From assembly GCA_037447605.1 (NCBI GenBank), contig CM074817.1, forward strand, positions 2,294,001 to 2,358,000: 64,000 nucleotides of DNA, given 5' to 3'. Shown piece by piece: positions 13,042 through 24,865 of this stretch (position 1 is its first letter; every line of letters starts with the position of its first letter). Position numbers and translations under genes: made by a program. The stretch is from Zygnema circumcarinatum SAG 698-1b (Eukaryota > Plantae > Zygnematophyceae). The notes below the pieces were generated by a model. It ran no database searches, was not told the DNA's origin, and saw nothing but the letters and a program-made list of their open reading frames with translations.

Positions 13042-14309
13042 TTAGAACCACCGTCGGCTGCGGGCGGCAGGGAGAACCAAGGCTTCCGAAACGGAAAACT
13101 TCCGGGGAGATTTTTTTTCGGGCAGCTCCTTCAAAATCGACTGTTCGGCGAACGGGGCCGGAGATTTCGACTTCCAATTCGGGCTGAAAAGGGTGTTACT
13201 TTTGTCTGCCCGCGGGCTGACAAAAATTGACGCACGTGCGGAGCGTGACCCTTCGTCACGTTTTCGTACAGGCGATGAAGCCAGCGACCTGGACTTCGCC
13301 GTCGAGTCACTACTCCTGAAAGAAAAAAAAGGGGCAGAAAAAAGTAAGAGAAACGTTTTTATATGATATCGGGCAGAGCGTCGGCTCCAGTGATTGGCTA
13401 AATTTGGAGAATAAAAAAAAACGTTTCTTGAATTTACCTTTTCGCTGATTGGCTCCGCATCTGCCCAAAAAACTTTTCGCCAGCCGTGGCTGCCCGCGCG
13501 CCCAGCCAGCCCTTCAAATCCTCCTCGATTTTGACCTCCTTCACAAATTCGTACTTTAATTTGAAGCTCTGCCCGCGGGTCTCCCCTTTGGGCGTTGACT
13601 TATCTTCTGCCGGCGGAGAGCAAAGCGGCGGCCGGCCGGCAGTGGGCCCCACCGTCCACCCCGGAGACACCGGCGGCCGCCGGCCTGGCGACGGCTTGGC
13701 TACCGGCGAGGGAGACCAGACCTGCCGGCCGTCAGCGGGCGCAAGGACCCGAGCCTCAGGAATTAGCACCGTTGGCGGCGACACCGGCGGCCGACGGCCA
13801 GAAAGTTGCCGGCCGAAAGTGGGCCCCACAGGGGGCGGCGGCGAAAGGCTCTCGGAGCTCCTTGTGGGCCCCACCGCCGAAGCTGACGGAACCTGCCGGC
13901 CGGCAGTGGCCGGCAATACGGCGGCCTCCAGAGAAGTAACCTGCCGGCGGGCTGCGGCAACGCCCGTGGGACCCACTGACGGTGGCGAAGTTGCCGGCTG
14001 GCCGGTGGTGGGCCCCACAGTTTGAGGCGATGGAACCTGCCGGCCGGCAGCTGCCGGCGTCTGCCGCTCGCCGGCCGGCTCCGCCATGGGCGGCGACAGC
14101 GGCGCCTCCTCCTCCTCCCCCTCGCTCTCAGACAAAATAATTTTAATTTCCCGCCACTTGACGTCCCTCACAGAGCCCAGCGGACGCGTGGCGCCTCCAG
14201 GAGACGCCACGCTGGCAGCCATTGATGACGTGTCGAGCTGCCATTCGTCGGGGTAGAGGTCCCCCTCCTCCTCGGCGGGCGGCGGGGCCGCGTCGGGGTA
14301 GAGGTCCAT
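13042..14309 (-). CDS. Hypothetical Pro/Ser-rich orphan protein, about 337 aa; possible exons 14309-13438 and 13183-13042
   Basis: Long open frame (MDLYPDAAPPPAEEEGDLYPDEW..), AG|GTAAAT donor and TTTTCAG acceptor in compatible phase; no family recognised. Confidence 0.3.
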
Positions 14310-16983
14310 GGCGGGCGCGGGGGCGGGCGGGGAGACGCAGGGCTCCACGCGGCGCTGCATGCGGCCCAGGGGGTGGCGCTTCCAGGGGGCGAGCACGGGG
14401 CTGCCACGTGGCATCGAGCTAGGCGGCCTTGCTCGGAGACAGAGGGGGGGGGGGGAGAGGAAGCGGGGCGAGGGGTGGTAGTGGAGGGAGAGGGGCGGGG
14501 GGAGGTAGTGCAAGAGTGGGGGAGGGAGAGAGAGTGGGTATGGGAGATGGAGAGGAAGAGAGAGAGACCAGGAGACGGATATGGAGAGGGTTTGGGGTAG
14601 TAGTAGTGTAGTGGTAGTGGCAGCAGTGGAGGCTGAGGGGTAGAAGGAGAGGGAGCGGGAGAGAGGATATGGAAGCGGGAGAGGGAGGGGGAGAGGCGGG
14701 AGGGCGCGGGGCATGCGAAGCGCGGGCGGTGGTTATGGGCCGCGCGCTGTACGGCGAGCTGACGCGCGGTCAAAGGAAGGGGACAAAACGTTTGGCTGTT
14801 TCCCGGGGCGGTACATCTGGCCGCTCATAATGGGGCGCGGAGGAAACGTGCGGTTTCGACCTCGGGCGTTTGTCGTCTTCCTTGGGCGGCTACGCGCCAA
14901 GGATGCGGCATTGATCTCACGTGGTGTCAAAAGTACAGTAAAGTACAATGGCGCGGTTTGTAGCGACCCAAAATGCACGATCTCCGTACGAATGAGTACG
15001 AACCGAATAGGCCTCTGGTTGCAGCAGGTGGGGACGGAGCCAACCGAAAGTGTCGGCGGGGGGGAGGTGGCCAGTGGAAGCGACAAGCGGCGCGCATGTG
15101 CAGAGGGGCCGGCAGAACATGCGCCGGCCGGCCGGCGAGGCCGTCGGAAACTGCAACCGGCCGGCGGGCTGATGATGGTCGGCGGTTGCCCTCATTGAGG
15201 GCAGCCGGGCGGTCGCGGCCTTGACTTGGGCCAATCGGAGGGTCCTACGAGACCGTACGTATTCGTACACAACCGTACGCGAATACGGTACGAATAAGCA
15301 GGTTACAATGCGTAACTTTACTAATAACGCCAAACCATGTGACGTCACTAGCGGTTCTTGACGGTCGGTCCGCCCCGACTTCCCCCGTCGGCTCTCGACG
15401 GACGCTTGAAGTCGCCGGCGCCCAACGGCACGTCAAAGGCCGCCAATGAGGGGCTGTTTTCGCACAAGTTGGCACACGTGGCAGACCCAAATTGACCGCC
15501 ACTGTTCCTGCCTCCAAACCAACAGAGGGCAGAGGGCCGTACGGTATGCCACGTGGCACGTGCCCGTCCTGCGGGTCCCCTAGTCGTACTTTTGCACTTT
15601 TTCGCACTTTTCCCGTCACGATCGACAGTGGGCGGCGCCTACGTGGAGTCCCTGGCGCCACGTGGCATGTTTCAAGTGGTCCTGGGAGGTCTCGCTGGCA
15701 ACCCAAAATCTCGTCCTGCGAACGGCGGATCGAGTCTCTCCGTACGCTCGGCAGAATGAAGACCGACCTACGGCTAGAGGGGAGCCACGTCGCGGTGGCG
15801 GTGGCCGCGTAACGAGGGAGGATTCTTGCCCTACGCGACAAGAAGATTCTTGGACGCGCATGCCCTACGCGACAATAGCATTGCAATCATTATGTCACCA
15901 TGGTGCTGCCGACGTGGACAGATTTGCTTGGTGACTGCGTTAAAGTCCCATTTGGAGTCGTACCGGACCGACATTAAACCTGGATTTGGCAGCTCTAGCA
16001 GTACGCCAGTAGCGGAATTCTTTAAGGAATGGGGTTGGGGCACGTACAAAGGGCGGTCGACGCACCACACAGAAGTCCCATGAAGGGCCCCTCTTAATAG
16101 TATGTCCGTGTAACTGCTTGTCGTAATCCGGGGCGGGTAATATGTCGTTTGCGATAAGTGGTGGCAAATGGTACGGTCGCCTCGCATGCGTGTCGGTGCC
16201 GAACTGGCAAATCTGTGAGACTTATTTGTCGTTTATTATACAATAACGACAGGTCATCATGAGCCATAAACTCGGACGTCTAGAAGGCTTGCCGCTGTCA
16301 AGACATGCCCGGGATGGAGCCAAAACGGCCACGGAGGCTTAAAACGACAGCCGCCCGCCCGGACCAGTTGTTAAGGCCAAACCAGAGCAATCAAGTGCCG
16401 TATCCAGCCAGCTGTAGGCACACTGGCGCCACCTCATCGAGCTCGAAGTCGCCAGCTGGGGAGTGCGCGTAACGTTATGGGTCGTGCGCTTATGCTGAGC
16501 AGATTTGTTGTAGGCTGAATTGCTAATGGAAGTACCGTATGGACATAACTGATACGTGTCCGTAACCTTTTTAGGTGTGCTTTTATTCAACCAATTTGTC
16601 ATATAAAACTTTCTTCCATAATGTACGGACAGAGTGGGTACGTGTCCATACCGTTGTGGCTGGTGTCTTTACCCCGTCTATTTTTGTCGTATCCGGGAGG
16701 AAGTCCAGTACCGACACTGTTACAAACAACGGAACAGAGCAACGAACTGGCTGCCGTACAGTTGCTGGAATCTGAACCGTGATTGAGATATCGGACGACC
16801 AAGATGGCGACACCTGTCCAACTTAAGAGAATCACTGTCATCGCTCACAGTTTACAGCTACAGTTTCTCGAACCGTTCAGGAGGCAGCAAACAGCTCTAG
16901 GGTTCAGGGCCAAAGGCCGGCCAGGGTTCAGGGCCAGAATGGGGCTTTAAGTGACACCCTATTGCGGCCGGCCACGTGGCGGG

Positions 16984-17645
16984 ATGCTGCGCGTGTTCCG
17001 GCACGTGCGGGAGCTGATCGCGTTGATCGGCGGGCGGGAGGATGCGATCGTGCGGCGAAGGACGGCGCAGCTGGAGGCGCAGTTGGCCAAGGCAAGCTAA
17101 AAAACCCTAAAACCCCTCTCAACCCCAAAACCCTGAACCCTAAAATTCTACTCTAATAAAATCCTGATTCTTTTTTAAAATGCAGAAACTTGAAAATCTT
17201 ATACCTTTCAGCCCCTAAAACGGCGAAATCCTAATTCTAAGGCATGTAAAACCTTAAGTTTTGCATATGGTACCCCTAATCGAACCCTAATCCCTATTCT
17301 GACCTTAACACTGAGAAGCTTTATGAGATGTGAGGCCCTTTTAACCCTAAAAACCTTTGCCCTAAACTCTGCGTAACCCTCAACCCTCAACCCTAAACCC
17401 TAAACCCTAATCCCTCAACCCTGAACCCTGAACCCTGAACCCTGAAACCTAAACCCTAAACCTTAATCCCTCAACCCTGAAACCTCAAACCCTGAACCCT
17501 CAACCCTAAACCCTAATCCCTCAACCCTGAACCCTCAACCCTGAACCTTCAACCCTAAACCCTAAACCCTAAACCCTAATCCCTCAACTCTGAAACCTCA
17601 AACCCTGAACCCTCAACCCTCAACCCTAAACCCTAACCCTAATCC

Positions 17646-17677
<32 letters not shown>

Positions 17678-18679
17678 ACTCTAAACCCTAATCCCTCAAC
17701 CCTGAAACCTCAACCCTTAACCCTAAACCCTAAACCCTAAACCCTAAACCCTAAACCCTAAACCCTAAACCAGCTTCCCCTCTGCGCGGTTTCTCTCTTC
17801 AGCTGAAAGCCGACCGCGCCGCGCGGGAGGCGGCCATAGAGGCGGAGGCGCTGCAGGGACTGCGAGCAGTTGTGAAGGAGATGGAGACTCTGCGAGAAAA
17901 CCTGGAAGCGGCTGTACGGACAGCAACCCTAAAACCCTAGAAGCTCTGAACCCTCTCCCTCTCTCAGCCCCTTCTCTCCCTCCCTTACACCGCTCCTCTC
18001 CTCGGCCTCTCCTCACCTCTCCTCACTCTCTTGCCCGCTCTCCCTCTTTCCCTTGTCTATAGTCTGAACCCTGTCGTTTTAAACCATAATCTGAAGATTT
18101 ACTTCGTCATATGCACTCACGTAATTTTTAATTTCTGAATAAGTAAGCTCTGAACCCTCAAATTCGAACCTGAAACGTTGATTTTCTTACTTCTGGACTG
18201 TCAGCTCTTACCGTAATATCTGAACCCTAAATGCCAAGCCATAAACCTTGAACCACCCTCTCCCCCCCAACTTTCCCCCCCCAGGAAACAAATCTCTGAA
18301 CTTAAGATACTTCTGAATCCCAACAAAGAACAATTTTGAGCTATTCTGGAACTCTTTCAGTCCCTTGAAATTCTCCAAAACATCGATAGGCACACAATCT
18401 TCATGCCAACATTCTTGAAAAACTCTCTGCTTTCTAGTAAGGCAGACTCAAACATTTTACAAAAAACTACAGTCTAATTAATTTTTAGAAATTGCATGCA
18501 TTGCCGGCCCACGTGTGTGCTTCCAGGAAGGAGCGGCGGTTGACTTTGTTGACCGCGTGTCAGTGAGGGCTCGGGAGGAGCTGAACGCTGAGCTGTCGAA
18601 GCAGGAAGAGGCCACGTGGCAAGAGTTGCAGAAGATGGATGGGAGCTTGCCACCCTTGGAAGAAGTAAAAAAGCAATGA
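16984..18679 (+). CDS. Small uncharacterised coiled-coil protein, 123 aa; exons 16984-17091, 17803-17913, 18527-18679; first intron GC-AG
   Basis: Three GC-rich phase-0 exons join to MLRVFRHVRELIALIGG..QLAK/LKADRAAREAAIEAEALQGL..LEAA/EGAAVDFVDRVSVRAREELNAEL..KKQ*. Confidence 0.65.
17330..17770 (-). repeat. Degenerate CCCTAAA/CCCTGAA/CCCTCAA array in intron 1 of the coiled-coil gene
   Basis: Direct reading; ends in several perfect CCCTAAA just upstream of the acceptor. Confidence 0.9.
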
Positions 18680-19147
18680 TTGGTGGGCGTTGACTTAAAG
18701 TTAAAATATTGAGCCTGAACTTCGTATAAATGGAGTGAAATAGAAGGTAAGTTGGGGAGAGAGAGGGAGGAGGGAGAGGGAGGGACAAGAGGGAGAGTGG
18801 AGAGCGAGGGAGAGAGAGGTCAGAGGAGTTCTGTACAGGAAAAGCAATCAGGAAAGAGATTCCGTCCAATTTTGCAGCGACTTGTTGATTTTTTTTTTTT
18901 TGGCGCCCAGTTAGGCGACAGGAGGAGGTTTGAGCGTTCGATTTTCGAAACTGATAAAATCAGAACGGACCCAAAATGTAATAAAAATTTCAGAAATGTA
19001 AAAATCGTCCCTTTTTCTATGGGGCGTTCCACGATTCGGATGAGATACAACAACAGATAATTGCCACAAAAAAATTGGCCTAAGATAAAAAAAAATTGGA
19101 TTAATAGTTAAAACACGTTTTTTTTTCTTTTTTCTTTTTGGATGTTT

Positions 19148-22100
19148 TTAACCGCCGTATCTTTCCGCCAATGAGGGCGGCGGCTGCTCCAACATTATGT
19201 CGGGATGCGCCTCCAAATAATTTCGAATTGTGGTCCTCCGGTCAGCCAAAAAAGTTTGGTCCAAAAAATTGTCGTAAGCCTCCATGCCCAAATTTCTGGC
19301 AGCCAAAACACTGCGCCCACACCTCTTTCTCGAGTGTCTGGGTTATAGGGATTTGAAGATTTAGGGTTTTAGGGTTTTTGAAAGAGTTTAGGGTTTTGAA
19401 GCTTTAGAGTTCAGGGGCGGAGTTCAGGGTTTCAGGGTTTCAGGGTTTCAGGGTTTCGGGTTCACGGGTTGCAGGGTTGCAGGGTTGCAGGGTTTCAGGG
19501 TTTCAGGGTTCAGGGGTTCAGGGGTTCAGGGGTTCAGGGGTTCAGGGGTTCAGGGGTTCAGGGGTTCAGGGGTTCAGGGGTTCAGGGGTTCAGGGGTTCA
19601 GGGGTTCAGGGGTTCAGGGGTTCAGGGGTTCAGGGGTTCAGGGGTTCAGGGGTTCAGGGGTTCAGGGGTTCAGGGGTTCAGGGGTTCAGGGGTTCAGGGG
19701 TTCAGGGGTTCAGGGGTTCAGGGGTTCAGGGGTTCAGGGGTTCAGGGGTTCAGGGGTTCAGGGGTTCAGGGTTTCAGGTTCAGGGGTTCAGGGGTCCAGG
19801 GGTTCAGGGGTCCAGGGGTTCAGGGTTCAGGGTTCAGGGTTTCGGGTTCACGGGTTGCAGGGTTGCAGGGTTGCAGGGTTGCAGGGTTGCAGGGTTGCAG
19901 GGTTGCAGGGTTGCAGGGTTGCAGGGTTGCAGGGTTGCAGGGTTGCAGGGTTGCAGGGTTGCAGGGTTGCAGGGTTGCAGGGTTGCAGGGTTGCAGGGTT
20001 GCAGGGTTGCAGGGTTGCAGGGTTGCAGGGTTGCAGGGTTGCAGGGTTGCAGGGTTGCAGGGTTGCAGGGTTGCAGGGTTGCAGGGTTGCAGGGTTGCAG
20101 GGTTGCAGGGTTGCAGGGTTGCAGGGTTGCAGGGTTGCAGGGTTGCAGGGTTGCAGGGTTGCAGGGTTGCAGGGTTGCAGGGTTGCAGGGTTGCAGGGTT
20201 GCAGGGTTGCAGGGTTGCAGGGTTGCAGGGTTGCAGGGTTGCAGGGTTGCAGGGTTGCAGGGTTGCAGGGTTGCAGGGTTGCAGGGTTGCAGGGTTGCAG
20301 GGTTGCAGGGTTGCAGGGTTGCAGGGTTGCAGGGTTGCAGGGTTGCAGGGTTGCAGGGTTGCAGGGTTGCAGGGTTGCAGGGTTGCAGGGTTGCAGGGTT
20401 GCAGGGTTGCAGGGTTGCAGGGTTGCAGGGTTGCAGGGTTGCAGGGTTGCAGGGTTGCAGGGTTGCAGGGTTGCAGGGTTGCAGGGTTTCAGGGTTTCAG
20501 GGTTCAGGGGTTCAGGGGTTCAGGGGTTCAGGGGTTCAGGGGTTCAGGGGTTCAGGGGTTCAGGGGTTCAGGGGTTCAGGGGTTCAGGGGTTCAGGGGTT
20601 CAGGGGTTCAGGGGTTCAGGGGTTCAGGGGTTCAGGGGTTCAGGGGTTCAGGGGTTCAGGGGTTCAGGGGTTCAGGGGTTCAGGGGTTCAGGGGTTCAGG
20701 GGTTCAGGGGTTCAGGGGTTCAGGGGTTCAGGGGTTCAGGGGTTCAGGGTTTCAGGGTTCAGGGGTTCAGGGGTTCAGGGGTTCAGGGGTTCAGGGGTTC
20801 AGGGGTTCAGGGGTTCAAGTCCGACCAGTGGCGGAGGTAGGCCCTGCACGGCAGCACGTCCTCCGTCCAAATGCGCTCAACGCCCCACCGTCCGTACCGC
20901 CGCTCATACTCCGCCGCGTCCCCTGCATGGAACGCCGTTTCAGTTCCGCTCAACGGAACACGGCAGCAGCAACTACCGCAGTAATGGCTCAGTACCTCCT
21001 CCGTACAGTTCTCTCCCCTTCACCACTCTCTCCGCCCCTCCCTGTGTAAAAAATTGCAAGACTTTTGAAGCCCATACAAAAAGTAAACCCTGAAACCTCG
21101 TTTCTTTGGTTTTGCTTCTTCTGCTGTTGCCCTCTTTCACCTTTCAATCGAATTTCACGGTACTCCTGATCGCTGTAGCGGCTGCATATAACCTGCCAAC
21201 CCTTCAAGGAGACAAGAAATGTGAGAACAGCCAAGTGAGGGATTAACAGTCATACTACTCTCTCGTCTCTCCTTCCCCCTCTCCCTCGCCCCTCGCCCCT
21301 CGCCCCTCTCCCCTCCTTCCCCTCTTCCCCTCTTCCCCTCTTCCCCTCTCCCNNNNNNNNNNCCTCTCCCCTCGCCCCTCTCCCCTCTCCCCTCTCCCCT
21401 CCCCCCTCTCCCTCTCCCCCTCCCTCTCCCTCTCCCTCTCCCCCTCTCCATCTCTTTTCTCTCGTTCTGCTCCCTCATCCTCTCCTTTCCTTTCTCTTCT
21501 CCCCCACCCTCTCGCTCTCTACTCCATCTCCCACTCCCCTCTTCTCCTCTCCCTTCCCCACCCCCCTATAAGTACAAAAGGAAGCCAAAGATCTTACCGC
21601 TTTCGAAGCCATTGGAGTATTGTCCAAATTTTCCGGAACGATCTGCATTAATTGATAGATTTATTAAGAAAAAGAAATGATTAAAGTGAGAGAATAACCA
21701 AGAAAATAAAGACCAAAAAGTGGGAAAGAGAAAGAGAGAGAAAGAGGGAGAGAAAGCGAGAGAGAGAGACGGGGAGGGCAACGAGAGAGAGAGCAAACAA
21801 AGAGATCTTTAAAAAAAATTCCTGAGCATTGGAAGGCATCTTTACCATCACAAAAAACCAAAATATGTTCAAATAACTCGGTTGAACGGCGAACCATGGA
21901 ACTGCAATTTTTACTACATTCAAAAATAAGTATTGAACTCCAAAATTGAACTTAATCCCTAAAACTCGACCCAGCTGCTTCCTATCCTCGAGATGGAAAA
22001 CTGACTTTACCGCCAAAAATCGAAATTCTTGCTCTCGTTCAATGAAAGCGGGCACCTGCTCTCCGATTACAAAGCAAACGAGAAAGCAGTTTGGAACCAC

Positions 22101-24311
22101 GAATTGAGGCTATACTCGAGTCAAAAACACTGAAAAGGAAAAATACTCGACAGTGGGAGAGGGAGGGGGACGGAAAAGGAGAGGAAGATGGAGAGTTGGG
22201 TGGGGGGGGCCGGGGGGGGGGGAGAGGTGGAGAAGAGCGAGGTTGGAGGGGGAGGGGAGAGGGCGGAGGGGTGATGAGGGAGAGGGAAAGGCAGCGGGGA
22301 AAGGAGAGGGAGAGGGAGAGGGAGAGGGAGACGAAGAGGGGGAAGGGAGAGGGAGTGGAAATGGTAGAAGGGGAGGGAGAGCGAGGGGAGATAGCCAGAT
22401 TTCCTCTTACTTCCTCTGCTCCCATTTCAAAGACTGTCACGATCACGCTCTCTCCTCCCGCGGCCTCTTCCACGCTCAAACTCGACATCTCCTGATCGAG
22501 AAAAAGGGGCAAAACAAGTAAAAAATGAGGGAAAAAAGCAATAGAATGGGGTACAATTGGAAAACGAGACTTTGCACTCTAATCTCTTTGTCTCTCGCTT
22601 TCTCTCTCTCCCGCCCTCTCTCTCCCCCCCTCTCTCTCTCCCTCTCTCCCCCTCTCTCTCTCTCCCTCTCTCTTCCACCCCTCTCTCTCTCCCTCTCCCC
22701 CCCTCTCTCTCTCTCCCTCTCTCTCCCCCCCACTCTCTCTCTCCCTCTCTCTCCCCCCTCTCTCTCTCTCCCTCTCTCTCCCCCCACTCTCTCTCCCTTT
22801 CTCTTCCCCCCCTCTCTCTCTCTCCCTCGCTCTCTCTCCCCCTCTCTCTCTCGCTCTTTCTTCTCCTTTCCTCGTCTTTCTATTCCCATACCTCTTCTCC
22901 TTCCCTATTTCCACGTCTCCTAAATTAAATTCCAATCAATTTTATTTTCTTCCTTATTCCCCCGTACCCTCGTAGCAACATTCGCAATTCCGCGCTCCAT
23001 GAAAATGGGCGCAATGTGCGAGAAAACGCGCCGAAAATTGCGGATTCGACCGACTCGGAAATTCGTCAAATTCGGAAAAGTATATCGGGCGCTTTTCTCT
23101 GCACTTTTCGAAAAAAAAATGGAAAAGTAAACTACGAAACGAACTCGTGGTCTAAAAAAATAAATGTTTGGAGGCTCAAATGTGATCCTTTAATCCTTAA
23201 ATCGAAGGAGACCGAGAGAGAGGAGATGTGTAAGTCCAGTTCAAGACTTTAACTTTTCCAAGGGCCGAGGGCCTCATAATGAAAAAATCCTTATAAATGT
23301 TAAACCTGGAAGGCCTACAAAAGTTCAACGATCTTTTTACGGACGTTTCAAAGACAGAAAGCAGAAAGGGGAGAGGGAGAGGGAGGGAGAGGGAGGGAGA
23401 GGGAGGGAGTGGGAGGGAGGGAGAGGGAGACGGAGGGGGAGGGAGAGGGATGGAGAGGGAGTGGTTGGAGAGGGAGACGGAGGAGGGAGAGGGAGGGAGA
23501 GGGAGAGGGAGGGGTTGGAGAGGGAGACATAGTGGGAGGGAGAGGGAGAGGGAGGGGTTGGAGAGGAAGACGGAGGGGGAGGGAGAGGGAGGGAGAGGGA
23601 GAGGGAGGGTTTGGAACGAGAGAGGGAGAAATAAGCACGTCCGTAATGTCAAAACTGTGGCGATGAAATATTATTTTGAGCATTCAAGAAGTTGCAAATT
23701 GACAGCATGACAATGTATAGAAGGCGAAACGGCATCAAAACTCAAGCATTGGCAAAAAAAAATGACACAAACATTCAGTTCAAATCGTTGAGCTCGTTTA
23801 GAATCAGGGTTTTTAGGGTTTTAGAGTTCCAACCGGACAGGAGGGACCCGAACCCAACGACCGATACGCGGCCCTCCGCGCTCGTCACGGCCCGGAAGGC
23901 ATCCGCGTCCTCGAGCTCCATGGCGTCTGCATGGGAGGGCTTTGGGGGTTTAAGGAGGCTAGGGTTTTAGGAAAGGTAGGGTTTTGGGGGAGCTAGACTA
24001 AACCCTAAATCCTTAAACCCTAATCCGTTTCAGACATTGCGGTCTTCCTCCAGATCCATGGCGGCTGACTCACCTGAAAGGGTGGCGGCAACCATGGCCG
24101 ATACAGAGGGGCTCAAGGCAGCAGCCACGTGTAGCGATGCAGGGTTCAGGGCCAGAGGGAGGGGTTTAAGCCAGCTTCGCAACTTGAGGGGTTTCTGGCG
24201 GGGGAGGGATTTGGTAGGGTTTAGGGTTTTGGACGCGGAGGGGGATGCTCGAGTGATGACGTCAGAGGGAGGGCGGGGGAAGGAGAAGAGCGCGGCTGAT
24301 GTGGCGGCCAT
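19148..24311 (-). CDS. Conserved plastid-targeted protein with probable GGCT/ChaC-like fold, 314 aa; exons 24311-24074, 23926-23834, 23098-22968, 22491-22411, 22055-22011, 21642-21598, 21192-21141, 20922-20826, 19310-19148
   Basis: Nine exons splice in frame. Motifs VVGFGSLLSEKSARYTFP, FRRVFSHIAPIFMERGIA, FIEREQEFRFLA, LPCRAYLRHCVLAARNLG and ERYGG* resemble a conserved green-plant family recalled from memory. Ala/Ser-rich transit peptide. Fold is inferred from the GFGSL motif. Confidence 0.88.
19420..20817 (+). repeat. Compound octamer satellite (GGGGTTCA)n-(GGGTTGCA)79-(GGGGTTCA)n in the last intron of the GGCT-like gene
   Basis: GGGTTGCA 79 times at 19852-20483, flanked by GGGGTTCA blocks. 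Confidence 0.97.
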
Positions 24312-24319
24312 AGACTAGG

Positions 24320-24595
24320 GTCAAGGGTTCAGGGTTCGGAAGTTGGGGGTCAGGAAATAGGGTTCAGACATTAGGGCTCAGGAATTAGGGTTCAGAGATT
24401 AGGGCTCAGGAACTAGGGTTCAGAGATTAGAGCTCAGGAATTAGGGTTCGGAGATTGAGGCTCAGGTCAAAGGGTTCATAACTTAGGGTTCAGGGTTTAA
24501 GGTGCAGGAATTAGGGTTCAGAGATTGAGGCTCAGGACTAAGGGTTTAGAAACTAGGGTCCAGGGTTAAAGGTACAGGAATTAGGGTTTAGAGAT
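24320..24595 (+). repeat. Telomere-like repeat with about 28-bp unit (AGGAATTAGGGTTCAGAGATTAGGGCTC) directly upstream of the GGCT-like start codon
   Basis: Units start near 24353, 24381, 24410 and 24438, then degenerate. Confidence 0.8.
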
Positions 24596-24644
24596 CATGA
24601 ATTCTCGGCTCGCGGGGATTCAGGGTACCAGTGGAAGGCTGACG

Positions 24645-24865
24645 TAGGTCGGTGGAGCTCGACGTAGGTCGGTGTAGTTCGGTGTAGGTCGGTGCAAGTC
24701 GGTGTAGGTCGGCCCGGCCGGTCTGAAAGGTCACGGTTCAGTTGGTGTAGGTCGGTGTAGGTGGTTGTAGGTCGGTGCAAGTCGGTCTAGGCCGGTCTCC
24801 ATGGTGAAGGTTGAACGGTGTCACCAGGGTTCAAGGGCAACGTAGGTCCTTACAGGTCGGTATAG
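24645..24865. repeat. (GTAGGTCGGT)-type 10-bp repeat cluster, about nine RCCGAC cores on the minus strand
   Basis: GTCGGT/GTCGGC repeated throughout; partial internal duplication. Confidence 0.75.

Noticed and set aside
19469-21093. Three 450-540 aa ORFs (GSGVQGFR and VAGLQGCR repeats)
   Set aside because: Translations of stop-free octamer satellites inside an intron of the opposite-strand gene.
24645-24800. CRISPR-like regular repeats
   Set aside because: 10-bp degenerate units without unique spacers, in a eukaryotic context.
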